A DNA stretch of 64,000 nucleotides from an uncultured delta proteobacterium (GTDB lineage: Bacteria; Desulfobacterota; Binatia; UBA9968): contig CAVSHR010000006.1 in assembly GCA_963727625.1 (NCBI GenBank), positions 192,001 through 256,000 of the forward strand. The letters run 5' to 3'. This document shows, piece by piece, positions 10,516-20,162 of this stretch. The first letter of the stretch is position 1. The number at the start of each line of letters is the position of its first letter. The notes under the pieces were generated by a model that was not told where the DNA came from, ran no database searches, and saw only the letters and a program-made list of their open reading frames with translations. The translations under genes and the position numbers were made by a program.

Positions 10516-10542
10516 CGTTTTGAACGGCTTGAACGTTTTGAA
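10516..10542. repeat. 9-nt tandem repeat x3 (CGTTTTGAA/CGGCTTGAA)
   Basis: Read directly; fills the putA-hydrolase junction. Confidence 0.7.
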
Positions 10543-10544
10543 CT

Positions 10545-13508
10545 CTATTTTCCCAGCCTCTCCGGCGGCACAAACCCATGGCGCAGGGTATTTTCCGAAA
10601 TCGTTCTCGGTTCGAGAAACTGCAGGAGATAATCCGGACCGCCGGCCTTGGAGCCGATGCCCGAGAGCTTGAGCCCGCCGAAGGGCTGGCGCTCGACGAC
10701 GGCGCCGGTGATGCCGCGGTTGATGTACAAGTTGCCGACACGAAATTCTTGGCGGGCGATTTCGATATGCGCCGGCGAACGGGAAAAAATCCCGCCGGTC
10801 AAGGCAAAGGCTGAGGTGTTGGCAATCTCCAGCGCCTGGTCGAAATCCCGCGCTTTGATCACCGACAGCACCGGACCGAAAATTTCTTCCTGCGCGAGCC
10901 GGCTGCGCGGGTCGACATCGGCGAAAATCGCCGGACCGACGAAAAAACCTTCTTTCGGCGCGTTCATTTCGACGACGCATTTCGCTTCTCTCTTGCCCAG
11001 ACGGATATACTCGGCGATGCGCTCGCGAGCCGCGCTCTCGATCACCGGGCCGACGGCGTTTCCCGGATCCTCCGGCGGACCGATCTTGAGACTGCGCGCC
11101 GCTTCGGCAAGGCGGGACAACAGCCGATCATGGACCTGGTCGAGAAGAATAATCCGCGACGCCGCGGAGCATTTCTGCCCCTGGTAACCGAACGCCGAAT
11201 CGATGATGTGCAGCACCGCTTCGTCGAGATCGGCGTCGTCGTCGACGATCACCGCGTTCTTGCCGCCCATTTCGCACACCACTCGCTTCACATGCTGTTG
11301 CCCAGGCCGCTGGGTGTAGGCCTCGCGGAGAATTTCCAGACCCACTTCGCGCGAGCCGGTAAAGGCAATCAAGTGAATCTTCGGCGAGCGCACCAAATGA
11401 GCGCCGATCTCGCCGCCGCCCTGGAGCAGCTGGCATGCGTCTTCGGGCACTCCCGCTGCACGTAAGATATTGAGCAATCGCACCGCCATGATCGGCGACT
11501 GCTCGGCCGGTTTCATCAGCGCGCAGTTGCCGGTGACCAGTGCCGCCGCGGTCATGCCGGTCAGAATCGCCAAAGGAAAATTCCACGGCGCGATGATCGC
11601 GGCCACACCGCGCGGCTCGTAAAAATAGATATTGGTTTCGCCGGGAAGTTCTTGGGTCCGGCGCGGTGGCGCAAGACGGAGCATTTCGCGTGCGTAATAT
11701 TCCAAGTAATCGATCGCTTCACAGACATCGGCATCCGCTTCACGCCACCCTTTGCCGACTTCGAAAAGCTCCCACGCCGCCAACTCCCAGCGCTGCTTGC
11801 GCATGATGCCGGCGGCTTTGAAAAGGATTTGCGCGCGTTCGGCGGCCGGCGTGGCGCGCCATTTAGCAAAATACCGCGCCGCGCTGTCAACTGCCGCTTC
11901 CGCTTCATCGATGGAAGTAACCCGAACCCGGCCGACTATCTCTTTGGGATTGGCCGGGTTCACCGACTCGAGCCATTTGCCGCTGCTGCGCCGGCGGAGC
12001 GATCTTTTGAATTCGCCGCGAATCTCGTTAATCGCTTCACCGAAACGCTCGCGTTTCTCCCGCCGTGAAAAATCGGCGGGCGGCTCATTGCGAAACGGGC
12101 TCAAGGCATCGTTCGCTTTGGCGAACGGTGTGATCCTGTCTTCATCCGGGTTCGCTGGCCGTGCCGGCGCTTTGATCAAAGCGGCGATGTCTTTACGATC
12201 GGCGTAGGTCTGGCGCAAAAACGAGGTGTTTGAAGTGTTCTCCATTAAACGGCGAATCAGATAGGAAATCCCGGGCAGCAGTTCGCCCACCGGTAGATAA
12301 ACGCGCAATCTCTGGCCATTTTGAATGATCGCCCGGCGCACCGGCTCGGCCATGCCGTAGAGCATTTGGATTTCATAGCCGTTGGCCGGAACGCCCGACT
12401 CTTTGGCCGCTACAATAGCGTGGGCCAGGCTGCGCAGGTTGTGACTGCCGAATGCGGCGTCGATCATGTCGTGGTTTTCAAGAAGCAACCGACTGAGCCG
12501 CTCGTAGCTTGAGTCGGTCTCCGTTTTGTCGAGATAAACGGGAATCGGCCAGCCTTTCTGCTTGGCCCAGGCGATCTCGCTGTCCCAGTACGCGCCTTTC
12601 ACCAGGCGCACACCGATGCGCCGCTGGCGGCGGCGCGCCCAATCGATCAGTCCGCGCACGTCGGCTTCCGCATCGCGAAGATAGGCTTGCAGCGCAATCG
12701 CGGCGTGCGGTCCGTCGTGAAATTCCTCTTCCGCCAGCACGCCGCAAAAAATTTCCAGGGTTAGATCCTTGAAGGCGTATTGCTCCATGTCGACGGTGAT
12801 CGCCGCGCCCGATTGTGCCGCTTCACGCAACAGCTCGCGCAGCCGTTCACGCACGGTCTTTTCGCTATGGGGATCGAGCGGATCGAAGCGCGCGCACAGA
12901 GAAGACAACTTGACCGACAAGTTAACCCGAGGAATTTTTTCCAGGGGCGAATCATCGATTTGCGCGATGTCCGGCCATGTCACACTGACGTTGGCCAAGC
13001 GCCGTAACAGATCGAGATAGCGCCGCTGCATGGCGCTTGCTTCCGCGTCGCTGACGGTGGCCTCGCCGACGACGTCCAAGGTGAACGACGCGGGCTCCCG
13101 TCTCAGGCCGGTCAGCACTTTGATCAAAGGTTCGCCGCTCTCCTCGGCGATGAAGCGGCGCGCCAGCTTGATCACGTTGCGGCGCACGACGGGAGCAACC
13201 CAAGTTCCTGCGTGCAGCGCTTGGGCGAGGTAGGCCAGACCGCCGAGCGCGTGATCGACGCGGGTGAAATATTCTTGGAGATGGCGGCCGATCTCCGACG
13301 AAGATTCCAGGCTCGGCAGCACGTCGACAAAACGAAACAGGGCAACCCGCAGCGACTCGTCTTCGAGCGACCAGTCGATCATTCGTCCGAGTAGATCTTT
13401 GGCTTCGAAGAGCGACGGCTTATGCTGCGCCGCTTTCTGATAAAGCGCGCGCGCCAGCGTCTGCACCGCTTGCTCGGTTCGATCGTTACGCACAGTGTTG
13501 GCAGCCAT
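10545..13508 (-). CDS. putA: Bifunctional proline dehydrogenase / P5C dehydrogenase
   Basis: RLVKGAYWD, SHNLRS, YLIRRLMEN; ALDH motifs PWNFPLA, FTGS, EMGGKN, GQKCSA, EEIFGP. Confidence 0.93.
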   Translation of the reverse strand: MAANTVRNDRTEQAVQTLARALYQKAAQHKPSLFEAKDLLGRMIDWSLEDESLRVALFRFVDVLPSLESSSEIGRHLQEYFTRVDHALGGLAYLAQALHAGTWVAPVVRRNVIKLARRFIAEESGEPLIKVLTGLRREPASFTLDVVGEATVSDAEASAMQRRYLDLLRRLANVSVTWPDIAQIDDSPLEKIPRVNLSVKLSSLCARFDPLDPHSEKTVRERLRELLREAAQSGAAITVDMEQYAFKDLTLEIFCGVLAEEEFHDGPHAAIALQAYLRDAEADVRGLIDWARRRQRRIGVRLVKGAYWDSEIAWAKQKGWPIPVYLDKTETDSSYERLSRLLLENHDMIDAAFGSHNLRSLAHAIVAAKESGVPANGYEIQMLYGMAEPVRRAIIQNGQRLRVYLPVGELLPGISYLIRRLMENTSNTSFLRQTYADRKDIAALIKAPARPANPDEDRITPFAKANDALSPFRNEPPADFSRREKRERFGEAINEIRGEFKRSLRRRSSGKWLESVNPANPKEIVGRVRVTSIDEAEAAVDSAARYFAKWRATPAAERAQILFKAAGIMRKQRWELAAWELFEVGKGWREADADVCEAIDYLEYYAREMLRLAPPRRTQELPGETNIYFYEPRGVAAIIAPWNFPLAILTGMTAAALVTGNCALMKPAEQSPIMAVRLLNILRAAGVPEDACQLLQGGGEIGAHLVRSPKIHLIAFTGSREVGLEILREAYTQRPGQQHVKRVVCEMGGKNAVIVDDDADLDEAVLHIIDSAFGYQGQKCSAASRIILLDQVHDRLLSRLAEAARSLKIGPPEDPGNAVGPVIESAARERIAEYIRLGKREAKCVVEMNAPKEGFFVGPAIFADVDPRSRLAQEEIFGPVLSVIKARDFDQALEIANTSAFALTGGIFSRSPAHIEIARQEFRVGNLYINRGITGAVVERQPFGGLKLSGIGSKAGGPDYLLQFLEPRTISENTLRHGFVPPERLGK

Positions 13509-13633
13509 CGAGAGTCACGATCCGTTTGAATTAACCGCCTTCATCATAATACGATCGCAGCACTTGCTGAAGCCCTCGGCCGGAGGTAACCGCAGGATTC
13601 GCACCGCCGGGGCGGAGAGGTCGACAGCCGATC

Positions 13634-15337
13634 ATGAGTGAAGCCGCCGCTTTGAAACTCGCAACGCTTACCGGCGCCGAAGCCGCCGTGGAGATGCTCA
13701 AGGCCCATGGCGTAGAAATCCTTTTTGGCCTATGCGGCGACACCAGCCTGCCGTTTTACGACGCGCTGGCGCGCTTGCCGCACGGCATGCGCCACGTGCT
13801 GGCGCGCGACGAGCGCTCAGCCGCCTACATGGCCGACGGCTACGCCCGCGTGTCAGGAAAAGTCGGGGTATGCGAAGGGCCGAGCGGCGGCGGCGTGACC
13901 TATATCGTGCCTGGCCTTGCCGAAGCCAACGAATCATCGGTGCCGCTGCTTTGCATTAATTCCGATATCTCCGTCGCGGCGCGCGGCCGTTACACGCTCA
14001 CTGAATTGGACCAAGGCGCGCTCATGCGCCCGGTGACGAAATGGAACACCGTGCTCAACCGCAGCGAAGACTTGCCGCGAACCTTTCGCGCCGCGTTCAA
14101 ACAGATCACCACGGGGCGGCCCGGCGCCGCGCATATCGCCCTGCCCTTCGACGTCCAAAACGGCCGAGTCAATAAAGCCGACGTTTGGGGCGAGCAGCGC
14201 TTTGGCCGCTACCCGGCTGCGCGCGTGGCGCCCGATGGCGACTCGGTCGAGCGCGCCGCCGCCCTACTGCGCGAGGCCGCAAGTCCAATTTTTATCTGCG
14301 GCGGCGGCGTGATGATCGCCGCAGCCGAGCCCGAGCTCATCGAGCTCGCCGAGCGCCTGTCGGCGCCGGTGGCCACTACGATCAGCGGCAAAGGCTCCCT
14401 TGCCGAAGACCACCCGCTCGCCGTCGGTGTGGTCGGCTCCAACGGCGGCACGCCGGAAACCCGCGCCCTGGTCGATCAGGCAGACCTGATTGTTTTCATC
14501 GGCTGCCGCGCCGGGTCGGTCACCACTGAGCGCTGGCGTCATCCAGCGCCGGGAAAAAATAAAGTCGTTCATCTCGACGTTGACCCGGCCGTGCCCGGCG
14601 CCAATTATCCAGTGGACGTGGCTTTGATTGGCGATGCCAAGCTGGCGTTGCGGATGTTGAATGAAGCGCTGGCGAGCACGCGCCGTCCGCTCGACGCATC
14701 GCGCGTGGCGTTCGCCAAGGAACAGAAGTTCGCCAAATTTCAAGCCCTCGCCGAGTCCATCGATCGCCCGATCAAACCCGAGCGCGTGATCGCCGAGCTC
14801 AGCCGTGTCCTCGACGCCGATGCGATCGTCGTCGCCGACGCCGGTACGCCCTGTCCGTATTTTTCAGCCTATTACCCGGTGCGCGCTACCGGGCGGCGAG
14901 TTTTCTCCAACCGCGCCCACGGCGCCCTCGGCTACTCGATGGCGGCGGCGATGGGTGCTCACTTCGCACGCCCCGAAGTGAATTGCGTGTCGGTGATGGG
15001 CGACGGCAGCTTCGGCTTTACCTGCGGCGAGCTGGAAACCGCCGCGCGCTACCGTCTGCCGATTACATTTATCGTGATTGCCAATGGCAGCTACGGCTGG
15101 ATCAAAGCCGGGCAAAAATCGGGCTACGGCCAGCGCTATTTCTCGGTCGATTTCAGCGCCACCGATCACGCCGCGGTCGCCAGTGCCTTCGGTGTCAAAA
15201 GCCGGCGCGTCACCGACCCGAATGAACTGGGTCAAGCGCTCAAGGAAGCATTGGCGCACGGCGGGCCCAGTCTGGTCGACATCGTTTGCCAGCCGCTCCA
15301 GGACGCCAAAGCGCCGGTGTCGGAGTGGGTGGCGTAA
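13634..15337 (+). CDS. ThDP-binding protein, acetolactate synthase-like
   Basis: RDERSAAYMADGYAR; GDGSFG..N ThDP motif. Confidence 0.88.
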   Translation: MSEAAALKLATLTGAEAAVEMLKAHGVEILFGLCGDTSLPFYDALARLPHGMRHVLARDERSAAYMADGYARVSGKVGVCEGPSGGGVTYIVPGLAEANESSVPLLCINSDISVAARGRYTLTELDQGALMRPVTKWNTVLNRSEDLPRTFRAAFKQITTGRPGAAHIALPFDVQNGRVNKADVWGEQRFGRYPAARVAPDGDSVERAAALLREAASPIFICGGGVMIAAAEPELIELAERLSAPVATTISGKGSLAEDHPLAVGVVGSNGGTPETRALVDQADLIVFIGCRAGSVTTERWRHPAPGKNKVVHLDVDPAVPGANYPVDVALIGDAKLALRMLNEALASTRRPLDASRVAFAKEQKFAKFQALAESIDRPIKPERVIAELSRVLDADAIVVADAGTPCPYFSAYYPVRATGRRVFSNRAHGALGYSMAAAMGAHFARPEVNCVSVMGDGSFGFTCGELETAARYRLPITFIVIANGSYGWIKAGQKSGYGQRYFSVDFSATDHAAVASAFGVKSRRVTDPNELGQALKEALAHGGPSLVDIVCQPLQDAKAPVSEWVA

Positions 15338-15340
15338 AAA

Positions 15341-15422
15341 TAGGCACGAGGCTTGAGCCGTGAGTGAAGAATTTAGATTCTGGATTCTCTGACTCGCGCC
15401 TCGTGCCTCAAGACTCACGCCT
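15341..15422. repeat. 7-nt-period inverted repeat between convergent genes
   Basis: AGGCACG AGGCTTG AGCCGTG ... CCTCGTG CCTCAAG ACTCACG. Confidence 0.7.
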
Positions 15423-15884
15423 TCAGTTTTTCAGCCGCACTTTGGTTCCAAGGTTGGCGCAGTCCTCATCGGTCTTTAGGCCGGCGGCGCGGATGCCGTG
15501 AGCGGCGAGCTCTTCGTCGCGTTCCTGGGTATCGCCGGTGACGCCAACGGCGCCGAGCAACTCGCCGTTGGCGTTTCGGATCAGCATGCCGCCGCCTTCG
15601 GGAAAGAGCTGGTCATCAGAGGCGCGGATCAGATACTGCATGAAGAGCGGGCGCTCCTCTGTGCGCATGCGCACCAGCGATGATGAGCGTCCGAGCGAGA
15701 GAGCGGCGTAGGCTTTGCCGTAGGCCATCTCAAACCGCATCATCGCCGAATCGTCTTCTTTTTGAAACGCTTTGACTTTGGCGCCGGGCTCGACGACGAT
15801 GACGCTCATCGGACGGCAGTCGAGCTCGCGCCCGTGCGCCAGAATCGCCGCGATGATCCGATTCGCCTGTTCCAGTGTTATCAT
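15423..15884 (-). CDS. GlcG/HbpS family heme-binding protein
   Basis: AYGKAYAA, GGMLIR..LLGAVGVTG..DEELA. Confidence 0.85.
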   Translation of the reverse strand: MITLEQANRIIAAILAHGRELDCRPMSVIVVEPGAKVKAFQKEDDSAMMRFEMAYGKAYAALSLGRSSSLVRMRTEERPLFMQYLIRASDDQLFPEGGGMLIRNANGELLGAVGVTGDTQERDEELAAHGIRAAGLKTDEDCANLGTKVRLKN

Positions 15885-15963
15885 GATCGCGTTCCCTCGC
15901 CCGCTCCTGAAAAGCTCTCAAGAGTCACAGTTCGGCCTCACCACGAGCAATGCACAGAATATC

Positions 15964-16035
15964 TCCCGCTAAGACGCAAAGGCCGCAAAGGAAAACCCAA
16001 TTTCGAACTTGGCGTTCTTGGCGCCTTGGCGCGAG
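15964..16035. repeat. REP-like 9-nt-period inverted repeat
   Basis: CGCTAAGACGCAAAGGCCGCAAAG ... CTTGGCGTTCTTGGCGCCTTGGCG. Confidence 0.6.
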
Positions 16036-16047
16036 CAAATCCGTTTC

Positions 16048-16902
16048 TTAGCTAAACAGAACCTTGGCGAGCTCGGAGCGATATTTGTCCGTCAGCGGAT
16101 CGTCCGAACCCAGCACTTCGAAGATCTGCACCATCGCCTTGCGCGCGCCGTCCTCTTGAAACTCGCGATCCGCCTTGACGACGCCGAGAAATTCTTTGAG
16201 CGCTTCGTCGTACTTTTCCGCGCCCGCCAGCGCCTGGGCGAGCTCGAACTTCGCGGCAATGTTGTTAGGCTCGGCCTTGACCTTATCCCTGAGCACCGTA
16301 AGGTTTTCCGCCGCGCCGCTTTGGAGGTTTAAGCGTGCGATCAGCCGGTCGGCTTCCTTGCGCTCGTCGGCGACGATGGAAATTTTATCGAGATATTCCA
16401 GAGCCGCGTCCGACTCCCCTTCGTTCATCGTCAATTGACCGAGCCCGAGCAGCGCCTTGGGATGGTTCGGATCGGAATCGAGGATCTTTTGGTAGAGCGC
16501 CTTCGCCTCATCGCTTTTTCCCAGCTCTTCGAGGGCCCGCGCTGCCAGCGCTTGCTTGTCCGCCGCGGTAGGCAAGAATTTGGTTAGAAACTCGCGCAAC
16601 ATCGGCTCGGGCAACGCGCCGGTAAATTCCGAGGCGAGATCGCCGTCCTTGAAAAGCTTCACGGCCGGGATGCCCTGAATGCCGAACATGCCGGCGAGAT
16701 TGGGATTCTCATCGACGTTCAGCTTGGCGAGCAGGAAATCGCCGGCATATTCCTCGGCTAGTTTTTCCAACATTGGGCCGAGGGTTTTGCAAGGGCCGCA
16801 CCAGGGCGCCCAAAAGTCCACCAGAACCGGAACTTCGAGGGAGCGTCCCAGGACCTCCGCTTCGAAATTCTCTTCGCTAACGTCGATCGTCCACTGATTC
16901 AT
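16048..16902 (-). CDS. Thioredoxin-TPR co-chaperone (YbbN/CnoX-like)
   Basis: WAPWCGPC followed by TPR helices; C-terminus ARKAMVQIF..YRSELAKVLF. Confidence 0.88.
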   Translation of the reverse strand: MNQWTIDVSEENFEAEVLGRSLEVPVLVDFWAPWCGPCKTLGPMLEKLAEEYAGDFLLAKLNVDENPNLAGMFGIQGIPAVKLFKDGDLASEFTGALPEPMLREFLTKFLPTAADKQALAARALEELGKSDEAKALYQKILDSDPNHPKALLGLGQLTMNEGESDAALEYLDKISIVADERKEADRLIARLNLQSGAAENLTVLRDKVKAEPNNIAAKFELAQALAGAEKYDEALKEFLGVVKADREFQEDGARKAMVQIFEVLGSDDPLTDKYRSELAKVLFS

Positions 16903-16920
16903 TTCAGCTGTTTTCTCCCA

Positions 16921-16954
16921 CCTTGAATGTTTTGAACGGCTTGAATGAGTTGAA
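16921..16954. repeat. 9-nt tandem repeat (xGxxTTGAA)
   Basis: Same family as 10516 and 59918. Confidence 0.65.
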
Positions 16955-17165
16955 CAGGATTATTTCGCGATGATCGCCTTGGCAAAGTTGCGCACGTTGG
17001 CCGCCACCGGTCGCATGGCATCGACCACGCTTTCCCAAATTTTTAAATCCTAAAAATTATTGCGAGCCGCGAATCGGGTTTTTTTGAAATTTGACATTGT
17101 TTCGAGCTTCAGATTTCGTGCTTCGAATTTTTCTTGGCGAACTCTGCGCGCCCGCGGCGAAGAAT

Positions 17166-17657
17166 TTATTTCTTAAACGCCGCCGGGTCGAACGCCGTAC
17201 CATTGAGTGTGTATGCGCTCTTCACGGCCGTCGGATTGCGGATCGTTTGAATCACATAGCAGCCGGCTTCGGCGTTGCGCACCACCTTGGCGATTTTTTC
17301 CGGCGCTTCCTTGGAGGTAATCTCGCAGCGCGTCTCGACACCCAGCCCTTCTGCCTGCACGGTCTCGCGCAGCACCGAACCTTCGTTCTTGAAGCGCGCG
17401 GTGACGTAGACCTTGGCTTTTTCAATATGAGTCTTGAGCATTTCCCCGTACCGGGAAATTTGTGTGAGCAGTCAAAACCCGACCGAGAGGCCAAAGTAAG
17501 CCAATGGCGGCGGTGCGGTATTGTCGCCGCCGATACGTTCCCCTTCATCACAGAAAACCGTGAAGCCGCGGGCGTGCCCTTCCTTGCGCATGCGTTGCAG
17601 CGTCTCGGCGTCAGCCTCTAAAACAATCTCTCGCTTGATTTGCAGCTCTTCGGCCAT
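17166..17657 (-). CDS. OsmC/Ohr-family selenoprotein (Sec at UGA 17474-17472)
   Basis: Two track ORFs are in one frame joined by a single TGA: DEGERIGGDNTAPPPLAYFGLSVGF-U-LLTQISRY..AEAGCYV. UGA sits at the first catalytic Cys position; hairpin follows; RBS GGGAG. Confidence 0.85.
17440..17459 (-). promoter_or_regulatory. Putative bacterial SECIS hairpin
   Basis: ATTTCCC-GGTACG-GGGAAAT, 7-bp stem starting 13 nt after UGA, loop begins with G. Confidence 0.7.
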
Positions 17658-17742
17658 GAGTTCTCCCAATGGTGAAATTTATTCGCCCGGAGCCAATATA
17701 TTCAGAATCGGCCGCTATGCCAACCGCGCCGGTAAGTTTTCC

Positions 17743-18810
17743 CTAGCTCTGCTCGGGAGTCGAATACTCCTCGGAATAAAGGTCGAGCAACGCCCGCAAC
17801 AGGGCGAACAGGGCCGGACCGAGGACGATGCCCACCGCACCGAAGAGCGAGATACCGCCGAGGATGCCGAAGAATAGAAACAACACCGGCAGGCCGAGGC
17901 GATTACCGATGAGCAGCGGTTTCAGAATATTGTCGATCATGCCGACGACGCCCAGGCACCAAACGAGCAGGAGGATGCCGTTCACGGTTTCGCCCTGAAC
18001 GAATAGGTAGATCGACGCCGGAATCGACACGATGGTCGACCCGCCCACGGGCAGCAGCGCCACAAAGCCCGTCAGCACGCCCCACAACACCGCAAAGGGA
18101 ACACCCAATAACCAGTAAGCCAGTCCGGCGAGCAAACCCTGGAGCATCGCCACCACCAGCGAACCATGAACCACGGCGACCACGGTATCGACGATATTTT
18201 TAAACAAACGGGTTTGGTGCTCATGCCCCATCGGCAGCAGCCGTTGCACGCGAGTTACGAAACCCGCGCCGTCGCGAAGAAAGAAAAAAAGCGTTACCAG
18301 GGCGATCACAAAGTTGACCGCGAAGAGCAAAACATTTTGCGCGATGCCCTTGACCTGCCCCACCAAAAACGACGATGAAGATTGCGCGCCTTGAATCAGC
18401 AGGTCCTTCCAGTTGATTTTAAAATCGACCAGCTGAAAAGTCATTCGGTCCCACCAGCTCAACAGCACTTGAACCCACGGTAGGGATTGCCACGGGGTGC
18501 CATTCTCGTTGTTCAAAAGCGAGCGCACCGACTGCACCAGCAAAACCGCCTCGTCGGATAAGAACCAAGCCAGCTGGATTCCCGGCGCAATGACCAACAC
18601 CGTGATCAGAACGATGACGATCAGCGCCGCCAGAGTCTCCCGTCCGCGCAGGCGCCCGAGTAGCCAGGCGTAGAGCGGGTATACCAGAATGGCGAGAATC
18701 AGCGCCCAGGTGATCGCCTTTAGGAACGGGCTGAGAATCAAAAACGCGCCGTAGAGTATGAGCAGCAGCAGCGCGAAGAAAAACCCGGTCACGAGCCAAG
18801 TTTGGTTCAC
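17743..18810 (-). CDS. AI-2E family transporter
   Basis: Multi-TM; LFFFLRDG, IDNILKPLLIG, GIVLGP; GTG start after AAGGAG. Confidence 0.9.
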   Translation of the reverse strand: MNQTWLVTGFFFALLLLILYGAFLILSPFLKAITWALILAILVYPLYAWLLGRLRGRETLAALIVIVLITVLVIAPGIQLAWFLSDEAVLLVQSVRSLLNNENGTPWQSLPWVQVLLSWWDRMTFQLVDFKINWKDLLIQGAQSSSSFLVGQVKGIAQNVLLFAVNFVIALVTLFFFLRDGAGFVTRVQRLLPMGHEHQTRLFKNIVDTVVAVVHGSLVVAMLQGLLAGLAYWLLGVPFAVLWGVLTGFVALLPVGGSTIVSIPASIYLFVQGETVNGILLLVWCLGVVGMIDNILKPLLIGNRLGLPVLFLFFGILGGISLFGAVGIVLGPALFALLRALLDLYSEEYSTPEQS

Positions 18811-19033
18811 CGATTGAACTCCTTTTGCGGCTCGTTGAACTCTACGCACAAGGCTCGCGTCCTTCAAGCGCTGTACCACAGGCGGGCATTTCGGTCGCGA
18901 CGCAAGCTTGCTACAGGGTGTATCAAACCGACTACTACAAGGCCCAGCCAGCGGCACTGGCCGCTTCTGGCCTCGGTGGAAATTGTCATGCCAATTCAAC
19001 GGCTTACTTCAAAGGAAAAACTCAGTTAGCGCC

Positions 19034-19048
19034 TGGTACAACAGTTGC
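19034..19048 (+). promoter_or_regulatory. Putative sigma54 -24/-12 promoter for the SBP array
   Basis: TGGTAC-AACAG-TTGC versus consensus TGGCAC-N5-TTGC; IHF-like ATTCAA-N4-TTA at 18994-19006. Confidence 0.6.
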
Positions 19049-19166
19049 GCTATGACAGCTCCGACCGGGTATGCAGCGCCTAGCGGGCTACCAACGTTAC
19101 CCAAGATCAATCATTTCGGCTGGTGGATTTTTCCATGCAGTCCTGCCGGAAGGCTACGCAAATTTT

Positions 19167-20138
19167 ATGATGAACAAAGTTATTTTAGGCACGGCTCTAT
19201 TGTTGTTCAGTCTCACCTGTAGCGCCGCTGGACAGCCGGCGAAACCCTATCGGATCGGGGTTCTTCTTCCCGGCGGCCCTCAGTACGAAACCCTCGACGG
19301 ACTGCGCCAGGGCTTGAAAGAGCTAGGGCTCCGGGAAGGCAACCAGTACACTCTGGAGATCAGAGATGTCGAAGGAGATGCAACCGTCGCTCATGAAGGG
19401 GCCAGGGTCATGGAAAGAGCCAAAGTCAGTCTTATCTATGCGCTGACGACACCAGTCATTACGCAAGCCAAGGCGGCGACAGGTCACACTCCGATTGTCT
19501 TTTCGATCGGCAGCGATCCCGTCACCGGCGGGCTGGTCGAGAGTTTCGCCAAGCCAGGCGGCCGGCTCACCGGAGTCCATTATCTCGTCCGCGATCTCAC
19601 CGCCAAGCGCCTCGAAGTTTTGAAGGAGATCCTTCCCAAGATCGACCGAGTTCTTACCTATTACGATCCCGCCAATCGGGTTGCCGCCGAGGGCGCGACC
19701 CTGGCGCGCAACGAGGCGAAACGAATCGGCATCAAGCTCATCGAACGGCACGTTAGCTCCGTCGGCGAGCTGAAAAGCGAATTGCACAAGCTTAAGACCG
19801 GCGAAGCCGACGCCTTTTTCTTCACCGCGGACCTAATGGTGGGCAGTCAATCACAACTCATTATCGATAGCACCAAAGCAAAAAAGCTCCCGGCGATGTT
19901 TCAGGAGCGAACGCTAGTGGCCCAAGGCGCGCTCGCGAGCTACGGCCAGAACTACCGAGAGATCGGCCGGCTCTCGGCCAGGTACGTCCAGCAAGTTCTC
20001 ACCGGCACCCAGCCGAAGGATTTGAAAATCGAGACCGTCGACAGCGTCGAGCTGGCGATCAACTTGCAGACTGCCAGACAGCTCGGCATTACGATCCCGC
20101 CGCAAGTCCTGGCGCGCGCGCAGAAGGTGATCAAGTGA
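19167..20138 (+). CDS. ABC-type substrate-binding protein (ABC_sub_bind family), array copy 1
   Basis: Signal peptide, RIGVL, PIVF..DPV..GLVESFAKPGG.LTG, KRLEVLKE, INLQTARQLGITIPP. Confidence 0.9.
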   Translation: MMNKVILGTALLLFSLTCSAAGQPAKPYRIGVLLPGGPQYETLDGLRQGLKELGLREGNQYTLEIRDVEGDATVAHEGARVMERAKVSLIYALTTPVITQAKAATGHTPIVFSIGSDPVTGGLVESFAKPGGRLTGVHYLVRDLTAKRLEVLKEILPKIDRVLTYYDPANRVAAEGATLARNEAKRIGIKLIERHVSSVGELKSELHKLKTGEADAFFFTADLMVGSQSQLIIDSTKAKKLPAMFQERTLVAQGALASYGQNYREIGRLSARYVQQVLTGTQPKDLKIETVDSVELAINLQTARQLGITIPPQVLARAQKVIK

Positions 20139-20162
20139 AGATGGGCAACAGGCAACAGCGAT

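Noticed and set aside
10516-10980. Long N-terminal extension of the hydrolase ORF overlapping putA
   Set aside because: Alternative-frame run-through of putA in GC-rich DNA; family homology starts near 10515.
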